From positions 719-64,718 of the forward strand of contig CAZSFQ010000008.1 in NCBI GenBank assembly GCA_964606165.1: a DNA stretch of 64,000 nucleotides. The letters run 5' to 3'. Position 1 is the first letter of the stretch. Every line of letters begins with the position of its first letter. This stretch comes from an uncultured Mageeibacillus sp. GTDB taxonomy: Bacteria > Bacillota > Clostridia > Saccharofermentanales > DTU023. The notes below the pieces were generated by a model. It had not been told where the DNA came from. It did not search any database and saw only the letters and a list, made by a program, of their open reading frames with translations. A program made the position numbers and the translations under genes. Shown one piece after another: positions 37,587 to 46,246 of this stretch.

Positions 37587-38330
37587 TCAATGGGATCTAA
37601 GATGAATAAGCGAAAACAGCGCGCCAATTGACTCGCGTGCAACCAGGTCTGCCAAGCCGTCACAGGCTGTCGCTTCCAGGTTGATAAGCACAAGCCTGGA
37701 TCCTGGCCTTCTGTAGTCAATCAAGCCGGCGGCAGGGTAAACTGTCATGGAAGAACCCCCGACGATCAGCAAATCAGCTCCGGAAATGGCATCCACTGCC
37801 CCGGCCAGGACCTCCTGATTCAGCGGCTCGCCGTACATGACAATGTCCGGCCGCACCAGGCCGCCGCAACCTTTTTTCCGGCAATAAAATGCGCCGGAAC
37901 CAGATGCAACTTCAGCGAAACTGTAAACACGGGCGCAGCGCTGGCAGTAAAATTTAGTCCCGCTGCCATGGAGTTCATAAACACGGCGGCTCCCCGCTGC
38001 CTGGTGAAGCCCGTCGACATTCTGGGTAATAATGGCAGAAAGCATGCCTGCCGATTCCATTTCAGCCAGCTTCATGTGCGCCGGGTTGGGTCTTATACCG
38101 GCCTTCATGAAGTATTTCCTGTAAAATGAATAAAATTCCTGTGGCCGGGCATTCATAAATTCCAGGGTCAGGTAACTTTCCGCGCCACCCATCTGGGAAT
38201 AGATGCCGGTATCGCTTCGAAAATCCGGCACTCCTGATTCCGTCGAAACGCCGGCGCCTCCGAAAAATACCGTAGCCTCGGATTCATGAATCCACTGGGT
38301 CAGTTTCTCGATAATTGTCTGATTCGTCAT
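37587..38330 (-). CDS. cobB: NAD-dependent protein deacylase (Sir2 family, CobB-like)
   Basis: GAGVSTESGVPDFRS, ITQNVDGLH, and Zn-ribbon cysteines CQRC...CRKKGC. Confidence 0.9.
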   Translation of the reverse strand: MTNQTIIEKLTQWIHESEATVFFGGAGVSTESGVPDFRSDTGIYSQMGGAESYLTLEFMNARPQEFYSFYRKYFMKAGIRPNPAHMKLAEMESAGMLSAIITQNVDGLHQAAGSRRVYELHGSGTKFYCQRCARVYSFAEVASGSGAFYCRKKGCGGLVRPDIVMYGEPLNQEVLAGAVDAISGADLLIVGGSSMTVYPAAGLIDYRRPGSRLVLINLEATACDGLADLVARESIGALFSLIHLRSH

Positions 38331-38386
38331 CTTATCCGCTCTCAAGGCATTCGCGGGGTTTGGAACAAGCGCCCCCAGGCATCTTG

Positions 38387-38416
38387 CATGATAGCACAGG
38401 CCGTCATGCTATCATG
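38387..38416. repeat. perfect 10-bp inverted repeat in the cobB / DUF3048 divergent intergenic region (candidate operator)
   Basis: CATGATAGCA-N10-TGCTATCATG, read directly from the sequence. Confidence 0.6.
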
Positions 38417-38480
38417 TATAAAACTTGATGGGGAGGTAAATGCGAGCGCCTTGACCAGGACCGGCTCGCATCTGAACTGG

Positions 38481-39533
38481 ATGAAAAGAACAGTTGCTCT
38501 ACTAATGATCGTATGCCTTACCGCGACACTCCTGTCGTGCGGGACAAGTGATTCCACGGAATCGGAAACCGCACCAACCGAACAGTCAACGGAACAGTCA
38601 ACCGAAGCGGTGACAACGATCCCCCCGGCTGAACCAGGCAATACGGAGCCAGATCCGGTCGCGGACGCCGCGCTTCTTTTTCCTGACCGCTTCCCCATCG
38701 CCTTTATGATTAATAATGTTGCCGCCGCCAGGCCTCAATCGGGTCTTTCAAAGGCCAAGCTCATTTACCAGTTGATGACGGAAGGAAGAACTACCCGCCT
38801 GCTCCTTGTGACAGATTCCGAAGATGGTGTCGTCGGTCCCGTCAGGAGCGCACGGCCAGCCTACCTTGATCTGGTTGCCCAGCACCGGGCTTTTTATTGC
38901 TACGCGGGCAACTGGCGGGTCATTGAGGACAGTCCTCATGTCAATGAAATCCGGATCCTGGACGCCCTGAAAGGAGATTATTCCATCTTCTACCGGACAG
39001 ACCACCGTGTGGCGCCTCACAATCTCTACATCAAGCTTGAAAATGCCTATGCGCGCGCGGAAAAGAAGTTCGGGTCAATCTCGCCTGACGAACCGGTTCA
39101 AGGTCTTCGCGTCCGGGACCAGTTCGCCAAACCCGGTATCGGTGAGCGAGTGACAGAAATCCATTATCACTACAGTCAATTGAAAGAATCTTTCAAGTAT
39201 GACGCCGAAAAGCAGGTTTACCATAAATACAACAACGACGTGCTCTTGGTGGATGAACAAACAGGCCAGGCTCTGGAAATTGCCAATATCATTGTCCTTT
39301 ACCGGCCGCACAGTCTGATGCCCAACGGCGTTCATAACAAGATCAACTGGGTTGACGAGGCGGAGGCAACTTATCTGACGGCTGCCCGTAAATACACCAT
39401 CGACTGGGAAAAAACTTCGCGCACCGACCCCATCGTCTACTACCTGGATGGCCGGGAGCTGATCCTGAACCCTGGCCTGACCTGGGTGATCGTGGTGGAT
39501 GACAGCGCGCTCAAATCAGTGGAATACCGCTGA
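38481..39533 (+). CDS. DUF3048-family putative lipoprotein (YerB-like)
   Basis: MKRTVALLMIVCLTATLLSCG is a lipoprotein signal. NNVAAARPQSGLSKAKLIYQLMTEGRTTRLLLV resembles the DUF3048 core. An alternative in-frame TTG lies at 38451. The track start at 38286 is rejected because it overlaps cobB. Confidence 0.7.
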   Translation: MKRTVALLMIVCLTATLLSCGTSDSTESETAPTEQSTEQSTEAVTTIPPAEPGNTEPDPVADAALLFPDRFPIAFMINNVAAARPQSGLSKAKLIYQLMTEGRTTRLLLVTDSEDGVVGPVRSARPAYLDLVAQHRAFYCYAGNWRVIEDSPHVNEIRILDALKGDYSIFYRTDHRVAPHNLYIKLENAYARAEKKFGSISPDEPVQGLRVRDQFAKPGIGERVTEIHYHYSQLKESFKYDAEKQVYHKYNNDVLLVDEQTGQALEIANIIVLYRPHSLMPNGVHNKINWVDEAEATYLTAARKYTIDWEKTSRTDPIVYYLDGRELILNPGLTWVIVVDDSALKSVEYR

Positions 39534-39557
39534 GATCCGGTTATTTAAAAAGAACAG

Positions 39558-39590
39558 GGGCGCCGTCTGCGTACAGAAGGCGCCCTTTTT
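39558..39590 (+). terminator. intrinsic terminator after the DUF3048 gene
   Basis: GGGCGCC-N14-GGCGCCC followed by TTTTT. Confidence 0.75.
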
Positions 39591-39665
39591 GGTACACCAT
39601 CGGGGATTCGAACCCCGGACCCACTGATTAAGAGTCAGTTGCTCTGCCAACTGAGCTAATGGTGC
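39590..39665 (-). tRNA. tRNA-Lys (anticodon CTT), CCA encoded
   Basis: The reverse complement is GCACCATTAGCTCAGTTGGCAGAGCAACTGACTCTTAATCAGTGGGTCCGGGGTTCGAATCCCCGATGGTGTACCA, with anticodon loop CTCTTAA. Confidence 0.88.
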
Positions 39666-39701
39666 GAACACCGGTCATTATAAGAGGACTTATTTCATTT
39701 G

Positions 39702-40889
39702 TCAAAGATTGAATTTTGCCCTGGCCCTGGCAAAACAGTCAATGGCAAAATCAAGATCCTCCTTTGAGTGGGCGGCTGACACCTGAGTCCTGATGCGCGC
39801 TTTGCCCTGTGGTACGACGGGAAATTTGAAGGCGATGACGTAAAGACCCAATTCAAGCAGATAATCAGCCACATCAATCGCCTTGACGGCGTCATATACC
39901 ATGACAGGAACAATGGGGTGAAGGCCTGGAATGATATCAAGGCCGATCTTTTCGACTCCCTGGCGGAAATATTGGGTATTGTCATTCAAGCGGTCGATTA
40001 AGACTGTATTGCGCCTCAGCATCTCCAGCACCTTGAGCGATGTCGCGGCGATCGCGGGAGCCAGGGTATTGGAAAAAAGGTAGGGCCTGCTCTTCTGGCG
40101 CAGCCAGTCGACAAGCGGCTTTTTCGCCATGGTAAAGCCGCCTGACGCGCCGCCCATGGCCTTGCCCAATGTGCTGGTCATGATATCGATCCGGCCCGTG
40201 ACACCGCAATATTCCGGTGTTCCCCGTCCCGTCCCGCCGACAAAGCCGGAAGCATGTGAATCATCCACCATAACCAGGGCATCATAGCTGTCAGCGAGAT
40301 CGCAGATGGCTTTCAGGTCTGCGATGATGCCGTCCATGGAAAAGACACCATCGGTGGCGATCAGCTTGATGCGGGCCCCTGTTTCGTCCGCTTCCCTGAG
40401 GCGGGCCTCAAGCTGTACCATGTCATTATTGTCGTAAACGTAACGGGCGGCTTTGCTCAGACGGATGCCGTCGATGATGCTGGCATGATTCAGGCGGTCG
40501 CTGATAACAGCGTCACCGTCAGTCAGAATAGTCTCAAAGAGGCCTCCATTGGCATCAAAGCAGGAAGAATACAAGATGGCATCTTCAAAACCGAAAAATT
40601 CAGCCAGCCCCTCTTCCAAATCCTTGTGCAAAAGCTGGGTTCCGCAGATGAAGCGGACAGACGACAGGCCGTAGCCCCACCGGTCATAGCTGTCCTTGGC
40701 CGCCTGCTTCAATTCGTCATGATTGGACAGTCCCAGATAATTGTTGGCGCACATATTGACGACAGCCTTCTTGTCCACCGTATCAATCCTGCTGCCCTGA
40801 GGAGCTGTCAACACGCGTTCTTCACTGTAGACACCCGATTCTTTCAGGGCATCCAATTCCTCTTCAATAATCCTGATCCCTTTTTTCAT
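39702..40889 (-). CDS. kbl: glycine C-acetyltransferase (2-amino-3-ketobutyrate CoA ligase)
   Basis: There is extensive by-eye colinearity with E. coli Kbl: [58 protein letters not shown], and FSMDG...DDSHA...[11 protein letters not shown] 40889 is preceded by GGTGGAG. Confidence 0.88.
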   Translation of the reverse strand: MKKGIRIIEEELDALKESGVYSEERVLTAPQGSRIDTVDKKAVVNMCANNYLGLSNHDELKQAAKDSYDRWGYGLSSVRFICGTQLLHKDLEEGLAEFFGFEDAILYSSCFDANGGLFETILTDGDAVISDRLNHASIIDGIRLSKAARYVYDNNDMVQLEARLREADETGARIKLIATDGVFSMDGIIADLKAICDLADSYDALVMVDDSHASGFVGGTGRGTPEYCGVTGRIDIMTSTLGKAMGGASGGFTMAKKPLVDWLRQKSRPYLFSNTLAPAIAATSLKVLEMLRRNTVLIDRLNDNTQYFRQGVEKIGLDIIPGLHPIVPVMVYDAVKAIDVADYLLELGLYVIAFKFPVVPQGKARIRTQVSAAHSKEDLDFAIDCFARARAKFNL

Positions 40890-40924
40890 ACTCCACCTCG
40901 GTTCTGCTCTTTTTGTCACTGCCT

Positions 40925-43222
40925 TCAGCCTGGATAGTACAGGTTCATTTCCCTGGCCCGGGCGATCGCGATCAAATGCTGGTTATTGGTTAAATAGACA
41001 ATCTGCTGTCCCGTCTCCATGGACCACTCTTCCAGTGCGCTGAGGATGTTCTCAGCTTGTGAATAGCCGGAAGGAATGGCGGGTTCAAGGAAAAACAGGG
41101 GTGTCCCCCTCAAGCCGCTCTTTTGTTGAGCTGCGGCCAGGCCCATTCTGACCGCAAGGTAACGGGTGGACTGGGGGGCGGTTGAAAAGGCAGAAAGGTC
41201 GGTAAATTCAGCCTGCCGGCCCCTTGGAAAGCCGGCTGAAAACTTGGGCACGCGCAATTTTTCACGTGGGGTCACGCCCGGCAGGGACTCGGGCTGCCCT
41301 CCCGGGCGCCGCCCGGTCAAGCGGTTGATGTAGCTTGACGACAGGGCCATCCAGGAGGCGACATCGATGTCTTTCCACTGATTGAGCAACTCTCTCAGCC
41401 AGGCGACTGCCCCGTTGGAGCAGAGGTAATCATGGACAGCTGAACGGTAGGATTCCGATAAGGCCTCATACTTGCGTTCAAGCCCTCCCAGAGTAACAGT
41501 TGATTCTCTCGAGGCACTCAGATCCTTTACATTCCCGCGCAAGCTCTCTTCCGCCTCATCGATCGCCGCCGCAAGAGCAATCCGCTCTCTGGAAATCTCC
41601 AGGGCCCGCTCTTGAAGCCTTGCTGTTTCATCCGTTGCTTTTCCGTCTCCCAATTCCCTGCAGGCATGGCGGTATTCACGAAGCATCTCCTCTTCGGAGC
41701 GGCCATGCTTGAGCTCAGCTATGCGGCGCGTCAAGTCGGCAACCATCTCATTGTAATGAGCGCTTGATTCACGCTGCCGGGAAAGGGTCGTAATAATGTC
41801 ATCTGCATCCGCGCTCTCGCTTGGCCCTGCATATTGCCTGATCAGGCGCATCAACTCATTTTCCAGCCGCCTGTATTTCCTCCCGATGGTGCCGGCCTCT
41901 GACAGGAGCCTGGCTTCCCTGCCGTCCAGTTCACTGATATAGTTCTCCATACGGTCCAGATTGATGGAGCTTGTCGCTATCTGCGCGGACAACCGTTGGA
42001 CATCACTTCGCAGCAGGCTCAGCTGTTCCTGGCCGCTGCCTGTCCCCAATGACCGGATCCTGCTCAAAGGTCCAAGCCAGATAAGCCGCAAGCCAAGCGC
42101 AAGGAGCAACAAGGCACCCAGACCGGCCAGGATGGCACCCGCAGTCCGGTTGAAGAGCAACAACAAGAGGCCGGCTGTGAACAGGAGCAAGGCGGCCAGC
42201 AACCGAAGCTGCCCCCTTGTCGGGAAGACCCTTCTTTCTTGCGGCCGGCTTGCATTTTTTTGACCCATGCCTTCCGCCTGCCTGATTTGTTCAGCCAGCC
42301 TGTCCTTTTCCTGATCAAGATCCTGGAGCCGGCGCGCCGTCATGACCCTCTCCTGCTCCGCCCTGATTCTCTCTCCCTTTGTGGTCTCGAGCCCCTGCTC
42401 GACAGATCTGGCCTCCTGCTCAAGGTCGGCCACCTCTTTTCGCAGCCCGGTCAGGCGGGTCATTTCGTGAACCGTAATATTGTGACCTTTTTCGGTAATA
42501 CGCGAACCAAAGATACCTTCCCGTTCCACGGTTTCGTCCAGCTCACGCTGGAGTTCAGCCATGGTTTCATATTCCGCCTTGGTCAGCAGCTGCTTGATCC
42601 GCCGCTGTTCGCCCGCCAGATTCTGATCTTCCGCTTTCAGGCCGGCGAGATGCTTTTGCGCTTTCTCAATGACTTGCTGAAACCCTGGCCATGTCGCCGC
42701 CTCTTCCTTGAGCTCTTCAATTTCGCGGCCGCACTGACGGATCTCTGCTTGCAGGTCGGGTATTTTTCCATGGCCCGCGGACCGGTCGTGGAGATAGCGT
42801 CTCGATTCGTCCAGTCTCGAAAGCAAGAGTTCCAGCTGATCCTTTTTTGCGTCAGCTGAATCCTCCTGGCCTGACAAAGCGGCAAAATTGATCCGGCTGC
42901 CAAGCACCCCGCCCTCGCAGCCTACAATGGTCCGTCTGAAAAACTGATCGCGTTCCTGGCTGGCCTGGTCGGTGGAATACGAGTAGAATCGATCCTTCTC
43001 CTGGAAAATGAACTGCCAAAAAGGGAGGGAGGAACCACCATCCCTGTCAAAAGACTCGTCTGGAGGATAGATAAGTTCCGTCTGAAGCCTGGGAAAAAAG
43101 GAATCGGCTTCCGCAGTTGGCCTGCAGCGGATAAAAGTGATTCCACGCCGGAGCGGCATACGATATCGTTGCGCGCCTTCGCCGGGGTGCCCGGTAGCCC
43201 ATCGGATTTCCGTAATCTGCAT
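40925..43222 (-). CDS. hypothetical coiled-coil membrane protein with Rad50/SbcC/YhaN-like layout but degenerate ATPase motifs
   Basis: About 765 aa from ATG 43222 (780 aa from the track start). It has a globular N-terminus, long E/R/Q/L-rich helices, and two adjacent TM helices ([19 protein letters not shown] / [21 protein letters not shown], about 42074-42208), then more coiled coil and a globular C-terminus. I found no GxxxxGK[ST]. Confidence 0.6.
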   Translation of the reverse strand: MQITEIRWATGHPGEGAQRYRMPLRRGITFIRCRPTAEADSFFPRLQTELIYPPDESFDRDGGSSLPFWQFIFQEKDRFYSYSTDQASQERDQFFRRTIVGCEGGVLGSRINFAALSGQEDSADAKKDQLELLLSRLDESRRYLHDRSAGHGKIPDLQAEIRQCGREIEELKEEAATWPGFQQVIEKAQKHLAGLKAEDQNLAGEQRRIKQLLTKAEYETMAELQRELDETVEREGIFGSRITEKGHNITVHEMTRLTGLRKEVADLEQEARSVEQGLETTKGERIRAEQERVMTARRLQDLDQEKDRLAEQIRQAEGMGQKNASRPQERRVFPTRGQLRLLAALLLFTAGLLLLLFNRTAGAILAGLGALLLLALGLRLIWLGPLSRIRSLGTGSGQEQLSLLRSDVQRLSAQIATSSINLDRMENYISELDGREARLLSEAGTIGRKYRRLENELMRLIRQYAGPSESADADDIITTLSRQRESSAHYNEMVADLTRRIAELKHGRSEEEMLREYRHACRELGDGKATDETARLQERALEISRERIALAAAIDEAEESLRGNVKDLSASRESTVTLGGLERKYEALSESYRSAVHDYLCSNGAVAWLRELLNQWKDIDVASWMALSSSYINRLTGRRPGGQPESLPGVTPREKLRVPKFSAGFPRGRQAEFTDLSAFSTAPQSTRYLAVRMGLAAAQQKSGLRGTPLFFLEPAIPSGYSQAENILSALEEWSMETGQQIVYLTNNQHLIAIARAREMNLYYPG

Positions 43223-43466
43223 GGTCGCCCCGCCTGCCTGTCCCACCGTCCTTTTTCCCTGCCACATTACTTTACCATGAAAAAGGGAGAGCCGCTCATT
43301 CTGTCAGTCCCCAAAAAGGCCTGAACACCGTGGGTCTCAGTAACACGCGAAACAATATGCTTTGTCCGGAAGACTATAATGGGACGCGTAGCAGTCAAGT
43401 CAACTTTTGATGGCTGATGAAAGATCAAGCCACCCTGATTACCGTCTGAAAGTGAGATTTACGGCG

Positions 43467-43991
43467 ATGAAGATGACAAAAAGATTAAGAAAACTATTTA
43501 ATGAACAGATCAACAAGGAATATTATTCAGCCTACCTTTACCTGGCCTTGAGCGACTGGCTGAACCAGAACGATTTGCCGGGAGCGGCTAATTGGATGTA
43601 TGTCCAGTACCGGGAAGAGATTGTCCACGCTGAGGGTTTTATACGCTACCTGATGATGCGCGGCGAGCCGGTTGAGCTCCTGGCCATTGACGCGCCAGAA
43701 GGTGACTGGGCGAACCCGCTTGAGGTGTTCCAGGCAGCCTTATCGCATGAGGAATACGTTACGGACTCCATCGATAAAATGGCGGTCGCGGCGGAAGAAG
43801 ACGGTGATCGCGCCGCCAGGCTCTTCCTCGACTGGTACATCCTTGAGCAGATTGAAGAAGAGGTCAACGGCAACGACAACGTCATGTTCTGGAAGAGGGC
43901 CGGCGACCATCCGGGTGCTGTCCTTTCCCTTGACAGGCAGTATGCCGCGCGCGAGTTTGTTCCTGATGAGATCCCCTACCTGGAGGACTAG
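43467..43991 (+). CDS. non-haem ferritin (Ftn-like)
   Basis: LNEQINKEYYSAYLYLALSDWL...EEIVHAEGFIRYLMMRGE...ALSHEEYVTDSI (di-iron ligand pattern). I prefer ATG 43467. Confidence 0.88.
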   Translation: MKMTKRLRKLFNEQINKEYYSAYLYLALSDWLNQNDLPGAANWMYVQYREEIVHAEGFIRYLMMRGEPVELLAIDAPEGDWANPLEVFQAALSHEEYVTDSIDKMAVAAEEDGDRAARLFLDWYILEQIEEEVNGNDNVMFWKRAGDHPGAVLSLDRQYAAREFVPDEIPYLED

Positions 43992-44014
43992 GCAAGGGAG
44001 ATAAGAAGGCGATT

Positions 44015-44048
44015 GGGCGGCTCCTCACAAGGGGGCCGCCTTTGCTTT
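44015..44048 (+). terminator. intrinsic terminator after the ferritin gene
   Basis: GGCGGCTCC-N7-GGGGCCGCC followed by TTTGCTTT. Confidence 0.65.
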
Positions 44049-44108
44049 CTCCCCGCCGCTTCGCAAGCTTGACATGCTTTTTGTTGCCTTGTAAGATAGG
44101 TATCGTCC

Positions 44109-44183
44109 GCCGAAGTGGCTCAGCGGTAGAGCAATTCACTCGTAATGAATAGGTCGTGAGTTCGATTCTCACCTTCGGCTCCA
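44109..44183 (+). tRNA. tRNA-Thr (anticodon CGT), CCA encoded
   Basis: GCCGAAGTGGCTCAGCGGTAGAGCAATTCACTCGTAATGAATAGGTCGTGAGTTCGATTCTCACCTTCGGCTCCA, with anticodon loop CTCGTAA. Confidence 0.9.
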
Positions 44184-44188
44184 ACGGG

Positions 44189-44216
44189 GAGGGTCGCCCA
44201 AAAGGCGGCCCTCTTT
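44189..44216. terminator. bidirectional terminator hairpin (tRNA-Thr on plus, tkt on minus)
   Basis: GAGGGTCGCC-CAAAA-GGCGGCCCTC followed by TTTAATT on the plus strand. Confidence 0.6.
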
Positions 44217-44248
44217 AATTGCAGTACCCCGATGGGAACCGGATTCCC

Positions 44249-46234
44249 TCAGCCTCCAACAAGCCGCCGTGCTGTCTCCGCGACCGATTCGGGGGTAAAG
44301 CCATACTCTTCCATCATCCTGGCTCCCGGCGCTGAAGCGCCAAAACGATCAATTCCCATGACGGCGCCGTCCAGCCCTGTATACCGGTACCAGGGAATCG
44401 AAGAGGCCGCCTCCACCGCCAGGCGCTTGCGCAGCCCGGGCGGCAAAATCTTTTCACGGTAATCCGGATCCTGCTTCTCGAATACTTCCATTGATACCAT
44501 GGACACCAGACGCGCGCTTATTCCCTCCCCTTCGAGCAGGTCAACTGCCTCCAGGGCGACTGGCAGCTCGGAACCCGAGGCCATGATCAGGATATCCGGG
44601 TCTTCGCTGTCGCGGACCAGATAAGCGCCTCTTTCGACACCCAGTGCGTCTGTTCCCTCCGCTTTGATGGTCTGGCGCGACAGGGCCAGCACAGACGGTC
44701 CTTCATTCTGAATAGCCCAGTACCAGGCAGCAGCCGTCTCATAGCGGCCTGCCGGCCGATAGACCGTCAGGCCCGGAATGGAGCGAAGCATGTTCAGATG
44801 TTCTACCGGCTGATGGGTTGGCCCGTCTTCACCGATAGCAATACTGTCATGTGTAAGGATGTAGATGACCGGAAGATCCATCAGGGCCGAAAGCCGGACC
44901 GATCCCTTCATATAATCGGCAAAGACCAGGAAGGTCGCGGCGTAGGGTCGCAAGCCGCCATAAAGCGCGATCCCGTTGGCCATGGCAGCCATGGCCGACT
45001 CACGGACGCCAAAGTGGATGGTCGCGCCTTCCGGATGGGCATGGGAAAAAGAGATGCCTCCTTCGATTCTGGTTTTGTTTGACGGCGCAAGGTCCGCGCT
45101 TCCGCCGAAAAGATAGGAGCTTTTTGTTGAAAGATGGTTCAAAACGCGTCCTGAGGTTACCCGCGTTGCCTCATCTTTCTGAGCCAGACCGACAAGCTCC
45201 GTCAGCGTGAGGTCGCGAAGATCCCTTCTTTCCAGGGCAGCCTGAAAGGAAGAGGCCAGTGCGGGATTTGCGCTTGCCCAGGCACGGTAAATCTGCTGCC
45301 AGTCGTCCTCGGCCTTGCTGTGATCTTGAGCGAGCGCCCTGCAATAATCGAGAATTTCCTCCGGGACCGCGAAGGCCGCAAGGTCCTCCGGCCAGCCAAG
45401 TTTGCGCTTGGTGAGCTCCACATTTTCAGATCCCAGCGGCGCGCCGTGTGAATCTTCCGATCCCTCCAGGGGGGACCCGTAACCGATCCTGGTCTTGATC
45501 CGGATCAGAGACGGGCGGTCATCCCGCGACCTGGCCTCGTCGAGCGCCCGCGATACAGCGTCGCGGTCGTTACCATCCGGTACTTCCAGCACATGCCAGC
45601 CGTAGGACTCAAAACGCAGGCTGACATTTTCAGTAAAGGCCAGTTCCGTCGACCCTTCAATGCTGATGTCATTGTCATCGTAGAGGACGATTAATTTTCC
45701 CAGCTTGAGCGAACCGGCCAGCGAAGCCGCTTCACTCGATATGCCTTCCATCAAATCACCGTCGCTGCACAGGACATAGGTCCGGTGATCAATGACACGG
45801 TGTTCCGGGGTATTGAGCATGGCGGCCAGGTGCGCTTCTGCCATGGCCATGCCGCAGGCGGTGGCAAAGCCCTGTCCAAGGGGGCCGGTTGATGTCTCCA
45901 CCCCCCCCGTGATACCGTGCTCGGGGTGGCCGGGCGTCAGGCTGTCCCATTGCCGGAAAGAGGCCAGCTCCTCTTTTTCCAGGCCGTAGCCGAACAGATA
46001 TAAAAGTGAGTACAGAAGCATGGAGCCATGCCCTGCCGACAGAACAAAGCGGTCACGATTTAACCATTTTGGATTCATCGGGTTGTGCTTCATGTGGTGG
46101 GCCCAAAGCTCAAAGGCCATGGGCGCGGCTCCCAGGGGAAGCCCCGGGTGGCCTGAAGCCGCCTTTTCCACTCCCTCGATCGAGAGAACCCGAACTGCCG
46201 TGACGGCCCGGTCATCCATCCATCTGTTTTTCAT
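44249..46234 (-). CDS. tkt: transketolase
   Basis: [13 protein letters not shown], the ThDP motif [11 protein letters not shown], and [20 protein letters not shown]. Confidence 0.96.
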   Translation of the reverse strand: MKNRWMDDRAVTAVRVLSIEGVEKAASGHPGLPLGAAPMAFELWAHHMKHNPMNPKWLNRDRFVLSAGHGSMLLYSLLYLFGYGLEKEELASFRQWDSLTPGHPEHGITGGVETSTGPLGQGFATACGMAMAEAHLAAMLNTPEHRVIDHRTYVLCSDGDLMEGISSEAASLAGSLKLGKLIVLYDDNDISIEGSTELAFTENVSLRFESYGWHVLEVPDGNDRDAVSRALDEARSRDDRPSLIRIKTRIGYGSPLEGSEDSHGAPLGSENVELTKRKLGWPEDLAAFAVPEEILDYCRALAQDHSKAEDDWQQIYRAWASANPALASSFQAALERRDLRDLTLTELVGLAQKDEATRVTSGRVLNHLSTKSSYLFGGSADLAPSNKTRIEGGISFSHAHPEGATIHFGVRESAMAAMANGIALYGGLRPYAATFLVFADYMKGSVRLSALMDLPVIYILTHDSIAIGEDGPTHQPVEHLNMLRSIPGLTVYRPAGRYETAAAWYWAIQNEGPSVLALSRQTIKAEGTDALGVERGAYLVRDSEDPDILIMASGSELPVALEAVDLLEGEGISARLVSMVSMEVFEKQDPDYREKILPPGLRKRLAVEAASSIPWYRYTGLDGAVMGIDRFGASAPGARMMEEYGFTPESVAETARRLVGG

Positions 46235-46246
46235 CTGACATCCACC

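Noticed and set aside
43268-43466. A Fur/PerR box upstream of the ferritin gene.
   Set aside because: A TATAAT (43375-43380) is present, but I could not find a convincing 7-1-7 or 19-bp AT-rich palindrome resembling Fur or PerR operators. A motif scan would be needed.
39590-44216. An integrative mobile element or genomic island between tRNA-Lys and tRNA-Thr.
   Set aside because: There is no integrase, recombinase, transposase or phage ORF, and I found no duplicated tRNA 3'-end (att) sequence by eye. The gene content is metabolic and housekeeping.
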